The notes beneath the pieces are model-generated. The model was given only the letters and a program-made list of their open reading frames with translations. It did no database searches and had not been told where the DNA came from. DNA of 64,000 nucleotides, from assembly GCF_964355755.1 (NCBI RefSeq), contig NC_092675.1, forward strand, positions 20,680,912 through 20,744,911, read 5' to 3'. Position numbers and translations under genes: made by a program. Source of the stretch: Antedon mediterranea (lineage: Eukaryota > Animalia > Echinodermata). Shown here piece after piece: positions 13,191 through 26,546 of this stretch; position 1 is the first letter of the stretch; each line of letters starts with the position of its first letter.

Positions 13191-16100
13191 CCAAAAACAT
13201 GAATAATACATTTTTTTTAAGACTTTAAATAGGCCATTTCACAGTTTTAATATTAAATTTAATCACTTTCACAGAAATAAAACTTTAAAAAATCACAGTT
13301 AATTTCAACAACCAAACCCATTGACTTCCAGTCAATTTGATTATTTTTTGCATGAGTATCTGAATGAGAACATGCACACACAATAATGCTGACTGTAACA
13401 GCCCAATTGTAAATTAGAATGTTTATTGTATACCATATATTTCTATAAGCCCAACAGAAAGCGTATAATATGAAATTTACTATACTGTTCATTTAAAATT
13501 ATTTTAGTTTTTCAGTAGACCTATATTCTAAGTCTACCTACCGCTAAACTTGACCCAGTTTACATTCAGTTTAAATGGATGCCAACATCAGTACAATAAT
13601 CTCATTGTATTTATTCAAACTACAGCACAAAAGAGTTTGTTCAAACATAAAATATCAATGTTGATACCATACACTTACCAGCTATTTCGCTTTTGTATAT
13701 TTAATAAAAATATTGATTAATTTTTTAATGTGCGCTTAGATTATTGAATATTCAAATTACTCTGTGGCAAATGATTAACATATCATTACTATGTTTCACG
13801 TATAACGAATCCGACACCAATATGTTATTTAAGTGTTATTGACTAATTATAATTACTAAGTGTCCAGCATTTCATGAATAACAGTCTTAGATTGCCAACC
13901 TATATTACAAGATAGCACAATTGCAAAAGGAAAATTACCTTTCAGAATTGAAGCAGATAGAAGATACTGAATTAAAAGCACAGTACTTACCACTTGTATA
14001 TAAAATACAATTTTTAGACATCTCTAATATTTTTACATCATTAACCGGATGAATCGTTGTAATAAAAATAGTATTTTCCTTTTTAAGGATGTAATTTGGC
14101 CATAATTTTTTTCGTCCTTATCTGCAATGATCTATTGTAACTTTCTAACGATTGCTCAATAGTAAATTTCCTAGTATTGTAGGTGGAGAATTATCTTCTT
14201 GGTATAATCTCTCTTTTAAAATCCGGTGTGATTATGACAAAAAGCGGTGGTGTGATATTGCCTTAGGAAAAGACTGTCAATTGGAAACGTTTGTACAGTG
14301 CACCACAGAGATGTGTACTGTAATAAACAGATTAGGAAGTTTTTGTTTCAATATAACTACAATAACAAACAATGATAATGTCCTTTAAAACTATAAAATA
14401 TATCAAGGGGGTGTTGTTATACTGTATGACGTATAGTGAATGAGCTTTTTGATAACATTCAGAATACAGGAGACCCACCATCTGCTAAGGTTGCGAACAA
14501 ATATCAAATAATTATTTTTTTTTTAAGCGAATTACTGTAGCGGCATCCACTATTTTGAGATACAAGTTTGTACAATTACTGTAGTAGCATGGCCCTGTCT
14601 TCATTAGAACCCCTCTTTAGTGGATACCTCTATTAAGAGGTTACTATCATAAAATGAACATGAGGCAAGATATAGCATAAACTCCTACCTATTCAGGTGA
14701 CATCCCTAAGGTAATGTACACTTTGTTGGGTAAGGCATTCTACTGTATATTGTTATTAAATTGAAGGTGTGAAATAATAGTTCTGTAATTCATTGTGAAA
14801 GAATTGTTTTGGAGTTTAATTAATATGTAGGCTATTCTGAATGTTAGCGTTCTAAAATTGGTATTTTAAAATTAAATTAATAATGAAAGCTTAGGTAATG
14901 ACGTGCATTTGCCACATTGATATTTTATTTCTCGTAAAAGTGACCACCTTGAAGGTCAAAAGATTTAGAAACAGGAAAAATTATCTAAAAGGAGGAAAGC
15001 TAGGATTAAACCAAAGAGATTTTTCAAATCAACATCTTGACAGTTACCAAAATGCAGTACACTAAATCATGTTTATCGTGACACAAACATGTATTAGTAT
15101 GGGCTATCATTTGTATCAACATTTTTGCTTAAGTTAAGATAGTTTAAAAGCACTTAAGTGACTTTATTTAAGCTTTATTTATCAAACCACTGCTTGTTAT
15201 CTTATAGAATGGACTTTGATCAACTAAGATTTGCAAGAAATGAAATACTACAAATGTTTATTTTTTAATATTGACACAGCAAAATTGACTTAAGTCAATA
15301 TTATTTTTTTTTGCTAAGCATCTTTGATAAATCTGACCCTAGATATTTTGATCTGATGTAAAGAAATGTAATCTTGTATAAAAGACCATTAAGATGGCTT
15401 TACCAATCACACTACACAGGCATGAATGTAAGGGGAGAAAGCCTGTATCAAGTAAGTTTAATTTGGATTCTACATTATTACGGTGGCACATTCCAAGAAA
15501 TAGCGATGCATAAAAAAAACAATTTTGTTTGTACAAGCAAAACAATATTAATAGTTTTAAAAAATTGATATCATAATTGTTGCAATGTACTGTATGTATA
15601 AAATTGCAATGAGAATTGAATGGCTGAAATTAAGTTTGCTTTGGTGACCCAATATTTCATGAAGGATATACAAGTTGAAATCAGTGGTCAATATGATTTG
15701 GCATAAAACATTTACTCTTTATGCTATAATAAAACATTTTTATTGGTCACAAAATAATTGAATCATGAAAAATTGTAAATTTGATGATGATACTTTGATT
15801 TATTTGGCATGTGGGTATCATATTTTACTTTTTTTTGCATTATAAACGTTTTGCAACTTGGGAGATGAGGATTTTCTTATTCCTAAATGTGAATTATGGG
15901 TGTTGGTAGGTGGAACTACTGTAGTAAGTTGCTAAAATAAAATTATAATGTATAGGTGGGCCTGCTGTATTTGTATATACAGTACATGTGATTGATATTT
16001 ATGCTTTATGTGGGATGACCCTCAAAAAAAGGAGAAATACTACCGCAGTTAAGTCAGCAAATACGTCAGATTGATGCATGTTTATGATAAAACATATTCA

Positions 16101-19100
16101 GTGCACCACGGTTCTGTGATTTTCATCATGTTAAGTAGGCAGTCTATTTAAGTGACATCATTGTTCGGACGATTAACTTTTGACAATGTTGAGTCTTGCA
16201 ATCAGTTGATGAAGGGACGTAAATAGCCCTTACAGGAAACCATATTGTTTCGGATTACGAGATATTGTCCTGTAGTTCAGCGGTTTAGAGATCTGACTTT
16301 CAATGTAGACTCGCGTTCGATAAAGCTCCGTCAATGATGTTCTTGCGTGTCTGGTAAGACACTTTACTCGTATTACTCTCGGTCGAGTGCTTGACCGTAC
16401 CAAAGGGACACCGCAAATCTATAATCTGCAATTGCCACAGATTTAATCTGACCTGCAGTACTTGTGGCAATATTATCTCAAACGTTTGCACATGATCTAA
16501 CTCTCAACCCTAAGATGTAATTAATGAACGAGCAACCCAAATTGAGAAATTCAATACACTTCACTAATGTTTTACCATTGTAACCTTTGACCTTTTACAG
16601 TTATTCAATTCATGAAGGCAGAAATATTAATACTATATTAATACTAATTTTATAATAACTGTAAAATCAATAATAGAAATTGTCCCCAGAAAGCCACAAA
16701 AAAATCTGTTTCTGAATATTACAATTGATCTAAAATTAGATACCGTACCATAATTTGCATTAATTCAATATCACATTTTTTTCTGGCAAAGAAATTAATC
16801 CCATAAACACAACTTTATTTTCTCCTAAAACTATATTTTCCTTTAAAAATGCTGTAAAAGCGGTATAATTTGGCTCAATAAATGATCTTATTGTAATTGT
16901 AAATTAACAGGAATATGTGCCAATAATAAGATTATGGCTGGCAAATAGTACAATACAATACATATCACTAGATGGTGCCTCTTCACTGGATTTGTACTGA
17001 CGAGCAATAACCTCTCTGTGATCTTAGGATTTTGACGTAGAAAAAAAGGCAGAACATTTACCGGGTGTGAAATTTGCTATTCAAAAACACAATTTTCGCA
17101 CAAATTTGCCATTCTAACAAAACTTTTATGGATAGAGGAGAATTAAAAGATGACTTAGTTGGTTGTGTCGTTTATGATGAGATAGAGGAATACAATTTTG
17201 TGTTAGTGCTATTATAATATAGATTCTTGTTTTAAATACTTGTTTTAAATGAAATAATCTTTATTGCATATTCAGTATAATATTCACATAATTTTTTATG
17301 TATAATTGAAAAGTCAAATTTCCAGTTTATGGACCAATAAAGAATCTTGAATATATGAGATTGGATACTAACAATTCAAACCAGACCATAAAAAATAACA
17401 GCACCATAATAATAATAGCACCATAACCACAGAAAACTAGATGAAATACACAAAAAGAAGTGAGAACGTCAAAAATACATAAAAAGATACACTTACTCAA
17501 TTGTCAGATTAAAACAAATAAAATATTTCTTACAAAATGTAGTTTTTCAAAACACTAAATTTTATTCTTGTAAAGAGTAAATTGTACACATTGTGGTTTT
17601 GAATCATATTAATCAAAGGTTAGGCCTATTATCAAAGCAATGAATAAATAAATAAATAGCTCGGTTTTCCTTCAAGAGATTTTAATGCATGAGTGAGTTT
17701 AGCCTTATGAAAGCTAGTATAATCTTGGTTTACACCAGATTGTTTCATGAACCATTCATTATGAATGCTCTAATTTTATCCAAATCTGCTGCAGTAAATT
17801 TTCACACCTAAATGTTATGTTTCAATTTCCAATATATAAAGTAAATTTGTTATTTACAGCCAAATCATTCTTTAAATTTAAAAATAAAGAGATAAAAGAT
17901 ATTCCCTCTCTCCATTTCTTTTCTCTTTTGTGAGATTCATATTTTTGTTACATACTTATTTTTAATAAATACATTTCTTTGTAATCAATCAGTTCTTGTT
18001 TCTCTTATTTTGTTTTTGCATTTACAGTATATATAACACCACAGGCGCCAAACATTAATTTGAAACGCCCGAGTTATATTCTGAAAATCAATTATATAAT
18101 ATACATATATTCATTTTATATTACTTTGTTATATGTTACGTTTCCCAATTGTCTTACAGATGTTGATCAATAAATGTAAATTATATAATTCATTAGTAAC
18201 ATTTTTTTAATGGAAACAAAACAACTCAGCTTTTGAACTTTAGTTGTATTGTCTTTAGTAACTCTCTTTTTTAAAATTTATGCTTGCATTATTTATACCA
18301 CTTTGTATAACACATTTTTATTGAATGTGTCATTTTAATGTCATAAATAGTAATCACCAAAAAATTGATTGAAAAAAAATTACCTGGTAAACTGTAATTT
18401 TAAGAAACCTTCTGGTAAACAAAAATAAATGTAACTTTAACATTCAGAGTGTCCATATTTATTTATTTTCTATTTAATCAATTTTTTGCAAAATACAAAA
18501 CAAATATAGTATAAGGCAAGGAAAGTGCTCAACACCCATGCTAGTTGGTCAACCCAAAACAGGCAAATTAAACAAATTTACGGTACGATCTACAATTATA
18601 ACAATCTACAAGAAATTATCAGATATTTAGCAATTTGATCATGTGGTATTATTTCAATAGATATGGAAGCCACTCAACGCCAATTATGTTTTATATTTAA
18701 GTAATCGTCAATCACAAAGTCCAATTCTGCTGTTCATAACAACATAAAACGGCCCTCCCTTTTCCTATTGGCTGTAAAGTTTTGGTAACCCTACACTGCC
18801 CCTTATGCATATTCATACACATTTACATATGCTAAGAAACGTTTTAAAGTAACGCTATGGTTTAGTATCGCATACACGTTAGAAATACAAATATTAATTT
18901 GGACTCGGAAAAGACAAAAATGAATGTTGATCGCAAGCCTAGCCATGATTGCTTTGTTGTTCGCCTTCAATGCTTACTACGCCAAGAATCGTTAAGTGTC
19001 TACTTTCAGATGAATAAGCTAGCTAGCTACCCATGAATCAATATGAATGATGACATAATAATCCGTCACCTCATATTTTATGTAATGTTATTCCAAATAT

Positions 19101-20374
19101 TAAATGATACAGTTCATCACTGACCTTATTTTTGCCTGGACGGTATATATTCTCCTGTAAAAAATTATCTTATTGTTAAAACGAGTACTAGGCCAAAATT
19201 AGTATCAACCTTCCGCATCATTTCTCAAAGCAATATGTCCGTAGCTCCCGCTACAATTACTCCACTTCTCGTTCGTTTATACGCGTCGGCCTCAAACGAT
19301 CTTTTGTAACAAACGACTGCAGCAATCAAACTTCTACTTTACACTGAATGTTTTTGGCATAGCCAGCTAGCTATTCTGTCTTCATATGCAAATATCATAT
19401 TATTCTGATCGATAGATGAGCAATGAAAACAGGCGTGAATATGCGTCTCTCTCTATATTGGGTTCTCTGACGTCAGTTGAAATAAGTCGTTGTTTAGTTA
19501 TGGTGTTGAATTGTAATCAATGGCAAATTGTACAATGCGTCAACATTCAACTGTGTGTACTATAATTACAATAACAAAGACACTCTTGAATGATGGGTAA
19601 AAAACAAAAGCCACAAAAGGTTTATTACACCTACTTTTCTTCTACAATATGCAAAATATTGTATAATAATTAACTACTGCAGATGTGGTGTTCTAAAAGA
19701 GTAGTAATTATTTTATAGCTCTATTGATATTAAATGTTCATACTAAAATGGTCTTTCTTGGAATCCCTATTGAAAAATAAACCTATTTGTCAATTTAAAT
19801 AACACATAACGCGTTACAAAGAATTTAAATATAACACATAAAAAATAGCGACTATTTTACATGAGATATTTATTAAGGAATTAATATTTGATTGTTTTTT
19901 AGTCACATACCTTCGTACTTTCATTTATAATTAAAAGAACCAGAACAAATATAATGAGAAATAAAGCTATAATCGAATCCTAAAAAACGGACTATGCGGA
20001 AAATATTTTCATGTAGGCCTAGACTTACTTTTTGGTTTATATAGCATAAGGCAGATCAAACAAGTAGGCCTAGCTGAAATTTAAGGTATGTTAAAGAAGC
20101 AGATGGAATAAAATATAACGGAATTAAATAGAGTGTTAATATAATATGTATATTGCAATGAGAAGACGAATATTATTTTGTTATTTGCTCTCGTTATTAA
20201 ATAATTAGAATAAATATATACCTTTTACGGATCGTGTGAACAATTAATAACTTATACTTTAATATATTTATCATGTTTTGTTCAAAAAATACTTTTTTTT
20301 TAGAAATGAACTGGTTAATTAATGTGAGTAGAAAAGAAGGGTTAATTAATGGGTGATTTTTTAGTTAGGTCTAA

Positions 20375-20572
20375 GGCAACTACCCCCTGGACGCTAGACA
20401 ACTACCACCCGGGAAACTACCACCCGGACAATCCCCCCACCCTCTAGGACAACTTTAGTTATCCTAGTGGGTGGTTGTCCTAAGGAGGTAGTTGTCCTAG
20501 AGGGTAGTTGTCCGGGGGATAATTGTCCGGGGGATAATTGTCTGGGGAATAATTGTCTGGGTGGTAATTGTT
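20375..20572. repeat. Fold-back array of ~16-bp GGACAACTACCCCCTA units (plus-oriented then minus-oriented)
   Basis: GGACAACT/GACAACTACC units at 20375-20455 followed directly by GGTAGTTGTCC/ATAATTGTCC units at 20457-20572. Confidence 0.85.
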
Positions 20573-20841
20573 TATTTTAAGGAGAAATCATTTTTTAATC
20601 TAACATTTCTATGTCTTCATTATCGACATGGTTGTGCAAATCATATACAAATAAACATCACATAAAATGTAGTACATAAAACAACAGTGACGCAGAGACC
20701 ATTTTTTCATTAAAATAAACAATTTTATTTACAAATACTGTATAACTTACACATTATTATTTATTATTTCAATTTTAAAACTAGTAACTAAAAAATGTCT
20801 TATGACGTGAACATATCTTATTCACATACGTAACATTGTTA

Positions 20842-20978
20842 AGCTCTGTTCTACACTATCAAACTTTATGTATGGAAATGATTATGTCGTATTTAACTAC
20901 CATATATAAGCATATCACTACCATATTTGGGCACATCACACTTTTTTGTCAATCTAGTTTGATAGTATAGACACAGCT
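20842..20978. mobile_element. PIF/Harbinger-like MITE family A, TSD TTA
   Basis: TTA|AGCTCTGTTCTACACTATCAAACT ... AGTTTGATAGTATAGACACAGCT|TTA. Confidence 0.88.
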
Positions 20979-21459
20979 TTAAAGTTTCTGATTCCACCCA
21001 GTCATAATGTGTGGTCATCGAACATAACCCTGTCAACAAATCTGTCCTAAAATTCTTTTTTTTTTAATCGTGATCGATTTGACTCGGGTCTTTTAAATAT
21101 ACTTCCGTAACCGTTTTTTTCGTAAAGCTGGTAACACAATTTTGTACCCCTCACCAATAATACAATCTTCCACAGAATGTTTTATTTTATACCTATTCGT
21201 AATCTTTCTCTTCACTTGTCGAATAAGAATGAGAATCGGCATCGAAGTTGGAGGTAGGCCTATATCTTCGATGGTTTTAAACAGTCACTGGATTTTAACG
21301 TATAGAATTAATTATTTTTCAAAAGAAAATTTTGTTCGATTTTTATTCCGAGACATAACAAAAATTACTCACTGTGACGTGGACTCCTTGATATTAAATT
21401 ACTAACATTCACATACCTACAATCATTTCTAAAATAAGTACAGGATTGTCATTTTCTAA

Positions 21460-21598
21460 AGCTCTACTATCAAAACTTTATGTGACAAAAACATGTTATG
21501 TTTCCATAATATATGGACACGATGGTATACATATCAGTACCATATTTGGGCACATGACACTTTTTTTGTCAAACTGGTTTTATAGTGTAGACAGAGTT
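21460..21598. mobile_element. PIF/Harbinger-like MITE family A copy
   Basis: AGCTCT-ACTATCAAAACTTTATGTGACAAAA ... TATAGTGTAGACAGAGTT. Confidence 0.85.
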
Positions 21599-22230
21599 AT
21601 AAACAATAATTTCACTCTTAACGCGAACATAATGTGCTCGCAAATAATAGTACTTACAGCATAGAGGGCGTCGATCTATGCTGATTTACAGTAATGAAAT
21701 AACTATTGAACTCTTTATTATTTTACCGTTTTGGATGGATACACTAAAAAATAATTATTTTCAAATACATTTCTGTGCAAATTGCATTTTACTATCAACT
21801 TCGCATCGTCCACCACGTACCGGCTAATTCCAAGGTTCTCTAATTACCTGATATGCTCTTTTTCAGTGAAGTGTAAAAATTAGCACCAAAATGCCTTGAA
21901 TATATGAAGTCACGTTCATTTAAATATAATTCAATATGCTTACAATTTATGATTTAATTAAAGTTCAGTTTATTTACCGGTAACACGAACTCTCAGAGGA
22001 GAAGGAAACATATTGAAAGAGTTACTAGTGCATTATGTCCCTGCTGGACAAGACGCTATCTGTTCCATTATTGTATTACCCATTACTATTAATGTAACAA
22101 ATGCCTTTTAAAGTACCTATATTATTTTAATTATAATAGCTAGTTACGATATCATAAGAAGCCACCAAGAATATGAAACGTCATAATTGGTTTTGACCCT
22201 TTGCTTCACCATTGCCGTCGTACAGGCTAG

Positions 22231-22265
<35 letters not shown>

Positions 22266-22500
22266 GTCATCATCACCATCATCGTCGGTTATGTCATCCA
22301 CTGCTGGATGTAAACCTAGAGCATTTTCCATTTCTTCTTCTTTGAACATCGACCAGTTATCGTATCCTCCTTAGATATCTCTTGAGGTCATCTCTCCATC
22401 TTCTTTTTGTGTCTTCTTCGTCTTCCATCCATGGTTGCCACTCCATGTGACTTTTTAGTCTCTTTGTCCGTTATTATTTGTCATGCCCATCTCTATATTT
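22231..22500 (-). mobile_element. 3' end of an RTE-type LINE (or RTE-tailed SINE) with (TGA)n tail
   Basis: (CAT)n microsatellite at 22232-22283 abutting ATCCACTGCTGGATG, which reads CAGCAGTGGAT..(ATG)n on the minus strand, a typical RTE 3' end. Confidence 0.6.
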
Positions 22501-23597
22501 CATTTCTTTCATTTTAAAAATATCTTTAACGTGAGTTATTTTTCTTTTTCACGACCGACTGAACTACTGTATTATGTGCGCATGTGGGAATATTAAGTTT
22601 GTCCTCGCTCCCCACCTCGACACAGGTTTGATAGTTTCTAGATCCCAAAGACAACGTTTAGCCATATTGCTAGTTTTGACTTAATATTAGTAAAAAAAAA
22701 TTTTTTTTGGCACATATGGCGTTTCATACGTATACTATTTGAAATAACTACTTTTGACAATATCTTCTGCCAATGTCTCAATGGATGTGATTGTCGAAAA
22801 CAAATATAGTTGGCATGTCGAAGCCAACGAACGATTGCATTTGCTTCAGTTGTTATCATTCTGCTTGGTTGGTTGAATCATGGAGCAATTTTCTTGTTCC
22901 ACGGTTGAAACCAGAATTGGCTAATTTCCAATCTTCGTTTCTAATCTAACCACTTTGCATCCATATTTTTTTGATCAATATGTATTCCGATTATAAACCA
23001 ATTTAGCCCATTTTACATCAGTGGTGTTAGTGAAGTGTATCGAACTCGTAGTCTAAATATGATACGCATCACTGGTAATAAATGTGGTTTATAGCATCGC
23101 TTAATGAACATTGTGTACGACAATAAATTTATCTAAAATGTTATGTAAAAGGTAATAATGTGTTAGATATCCAAGAATAACACATCATACAAATAGATCG
23201 TTACAACGATGTGATCGTCGCAGAAAAAAAATTGCCAAAACATTTGAAGCCTGGATGAAAACAAAAACAAACTTTGAATAGGGCATTTTGTAGTTTTACT
23301 CTTTATGGTATAACCTTTATCATGCTCTATGCACTAATAACACCTTGTAGATCTTATGTAAACAATGCCACCTTTGCAGCATAACTTATCAAGACTGGCA
23401 CTTAAATTTATGTAATAAACTTGTTATAGTTGTTGATCATATTTCATACAACTTAAGTATATTACTATCATAATAATTGAAGTACATCACTTAAACAAAC
23501 ATGTTGTTATTATTTAAATTTTTAACCCCAAGTTGGCATGATCCATATACCTAGGAAATCTAACTGCCTTGACTATCAGTGTTTATATTTACAATTA

Positions 23598-23660
23598 ATT
23601 TATATCAATGATCTTCCTAATTCCTCGTAACTTTTAATTTTTGTTTTGTTTGCAGATATT
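23598..23660 (+). pseudogene. Tiny CR1/L2-type reverse-transcriptase remnant
   Basis: Translates IYINDLPNSS*LLIFVLFADI, matching the IYINDL...LFADD motif. Confidence 0.6.
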
Positions 23661-23754
23661 TTTTATTCTCATAAAACTGAACGTTTTAAAATAATCAATA
23701 CTGAACTTAAATTTTATCTTCTTATAATAAGCCTAAAAGTTGTAACGCCCTAAC

Positions 23755-24536
23755 CCGGACAATTACCCCCTAGGACAACTATCCTCTAGGACAACTACCC
23801 CCTTAGGACAACTCCCACCCGGAAAACTACCCCCTATAGGACAACTATACCCTCTAGGACAACTACCGCCTTAGGACAACTCCCACCCGGACAACTACCC
23901 CCTAGGATAACTACCCCCTAGGACAACTACCCTCTAGTCCAACTGCTATGCTCCTAGGACAACAACACCCTCTGAACAACCACACCTATATCATGACACC
24001 TACACCTTAGGTTATAATTACGATCTTGTAAAACTTAAGCCTGTTTTCCTGTCGACGTTATTAGGTTATAAAACCGGCGATCACCTACGTAAACATTGAA
24101 ATGTTAACGATTTACAGAAAAAGGTACTCGCTATTGTCATCGTTTCAACTTGATCGTTTTCAAACGATCGTCGTTGAATTGCTCTTAAATGAAAGCTTTT
24201 GCATTTTTTAATATGCGTATCGTCGTCAGCAGTTATTTTTACATTAAACGAGAATCGATCAAATTATTAAAACGTATTCCAATCTTGAAAAATAAAGGGT
24301 GGGCTTATTTTATTCTTGTGTGACATGAAGATGCCGTATATAAATCTAGGAACATACAGTTTACCTAGCTGCACCAGTCAATCAAACAGTCTTCATTTAA
24401 GATCAATCTCTCTCCCTATGTTTTAAAGTTAAGTATTACAATATCGTAATTATAACCTAAGGTGTAGGTGTGGTTGTTCAGAGAGTGTTGTTGTTCTAGA
24501 GGGGTAGTTGTCCTAGGGGCATAGCAGTTGGACTAG
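23755..24536. mobile_element. Fold-back element: GGACAACTACCCCCTA array plus ~90-bp inverted arms (23934-24024 / 24443-24536)
   Basis: Left arm CTAGTCCAACTGCTATG..ACACCTACACCTTAGGTTATAATTACGAT is the reverse complement of right arm ATCGTAATTATAACCTAAGGTGTAGGTGT..CATAGCAGTTGGACTAG. Confidence 0.85.
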
Positions 24537-25244
24537 TAAGATAGTGGGACTGGCTGGAGCAGCCCCTTAATATCGATAAAATTGACCCGATTTTTGTTCT
24601 CTCTTTTCTTTTTCAAAACAAATGTTTTACCGTAAGAGCTTATGTTATGCTGTTTAATGACATTATACGTTTACTACTACTACAAGTCCAGTAATATGGA
24701 ATATTGGTTTGGCTGTTATTACTTCATAGAAGAACTTTAATTGATTTTTTTTTTAAATGTTCACCCCACTCCTGAGAAAATAGGACAATACACGTTTTTA
24801 GAACCTAAAGAATAATTATATCCATGATATGTTTATGACTTAAACATTTCTACTTATTTCATTTTATTCCAATTCGTATTCTACAGCAAAGAACCTCCTA
24901 ATTTTACTTTAGATTTAAAAAATAACCTAGACTATTAATCAATTGATTACATTACACGATTTGAAAATCAATCTCTCTCTCTCCCCCGTTTGACAGGTTT
25001 ATATATTTCTTAGTCTTTCTATTATGAAAACATAGCTAACTGCGCCAATTGAGGAAATCGATTTTAAAGTTTGTCATAGAAGTTTTAAAAAACTTAAATC
25101 TTAGGTACATACGTCGATATTTTAATAATTTCACGTCAAATATTGTTAAATGTATAGTGTGGTACAACGCCCTCGTAGTCCCCTCTTCACACACACAATG
25201 CAATTGGCACCAAAAGAAGCAGCTTGTTTATTTGGTTACCAATC

Positions 25245-25668
25245 GTAGTTGTCCAAAGCTGTATAAGTTGTAGCTTGAGGGTAGTTTTCCTCGGGGGTAA
25301 TTGTCCTAGGGATAATTGTCCTAGAGGGTAGTTGTCCTAGAGGGGGTAGTTGTCCTAGAGGGTAGTTGTCCTAGGGGCTAGTTGTCCTAGGGGGTAGTTG
25401 TCCTAGGGGGTAATTGTCCTAGGGGGTAGTTGTCCTAAGGGGGTAGTTGTCCTAAGGGGGTAGTTGTCCTAAGAGGGTAGTTGTCCGGGGGGGTAGTTGT
25501 CTTAGGAGGGTGATTGTCCAGGGGGTAGTTGTCCTAAGGGGGGAGTTGTCCTAAGGGGGTAGTTGTCCTAAGAGGGTAGTTGTCCGGGGGGTAGTTGTCT
25601 TAGGAGGGTGATTGTCCAGGGGGTTATTGTCCGAGTGGTAATTGTCCAGGGGTAGTTGTCCTAGACCC
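25245..25668 (-). repeat. Tandem array of 16-18 bp TAGGGGGTAGTTGTCC units (>20 copies)
   Basis: Directly visible; terminates in GTTGTCCTAGACCC. Confidence 0.95.
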
Positions 25669-26451
25669 ATCGAAACATCGAGAAACTCAACAGTTCTTTT
25701 CAGAACTAACATACGTGGTGTAGGCCTACCGCAAACTAATAATTAACATTTGATTTTGCCATACAAACCTTCAATATATATTATTTCCAGAAATATCGGC
25801 GTCATAAGCAAATTAAAATATTATCTTTCACTTTAGTTTTACCATATATTATTTATTGTAACATTTCATGGGCCAACACAACTAACAAATTTCTCTATCA
25901 GTGATATCAGGATATGTGTAGGGATATCGCGACTATTCCATGACCTAAAGATTCTTTGCAATCTTATTTTGGTGACCTACCACACTGTATTATTACTCAT
26001 GTACTTATATCTTTCAATTATTTGTCTTACTTTTTATTAACATATGTGTGTAAAAATAAAACAAACAAATAATCAATAATATTCATAATTTAAAGCGCTG
26101 TTTCCAAATGTGTCCTAAAGGTTTTATACAGATGTGATATAAATTGTCACAGTGTCAGTTATCACATTAATTAAACTTGAATTATTAACATACCCAACTG
26201 TACATTACAAAAATGTCATAAATGTGTCAATTTGCTCAAGATTAAAATGATTTATAAAACACAATAAGCTAATTAATTAAACGAATTATATTAAATTATA
26301 TTTTAATGATATTTGTTGATTAATTGGTTAACAATTCACGAAACAAAAAATGGTGCGTCCTTCCTATATGAAAACATCTTTCATTCTAGATGCTACATTT
26401 CTAAGCTAAATAATTTACTAGTCTGTTTTTTATTTCCCACCAACACCTAAC

Positions 26452-26546
26452 GTCTAGGACAATCAGTCCTAGGACAACTGCTGCCGTTGAAATCAGTCCT
26501 AGGACTGCTACCGCCTTGGACAATTTCCCCTAGGACAACTTCCCCT
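26452..26546 (+). repeat. Short degenerate CTAGGACAA array (same family)
   Basis: GTCTAGGACAATCAGTCCTAGGACAACT..GGACAATTTCCCCTAGGACAACTTCCCC. Confidence 0.75.

Noticed and set aside
13003-13200. Hydrophobic 'membrane protein' ORF
   Set aside because: It is the antisense translation of a purine-rich minisatellite.
16097-16115. REST/NRSE-like TTCAGTGCACCACGG upstream of neuronal Di-Ras
   Set aside because: It needs a 2-nt insertion and lacks the GGACAG half site.
16300-16491. 63-aa minus-strand ORF in a GC-richer patch
   Set aside because: No homology recognised and no convincing splice sites; it may be regulatory but is unsupported.
21657-21683. Hairpin CAGCATAGA..TCTATGCTG as another P-type footprint
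   Set aside because: There is no flanking 7-bp direct repeat and the stem is short.
25245-25668. CRISPR-like regular repeats
   Set aside because: Contiguous tandem units with no unique spacers, no cas genes, and a eukaryotic context.
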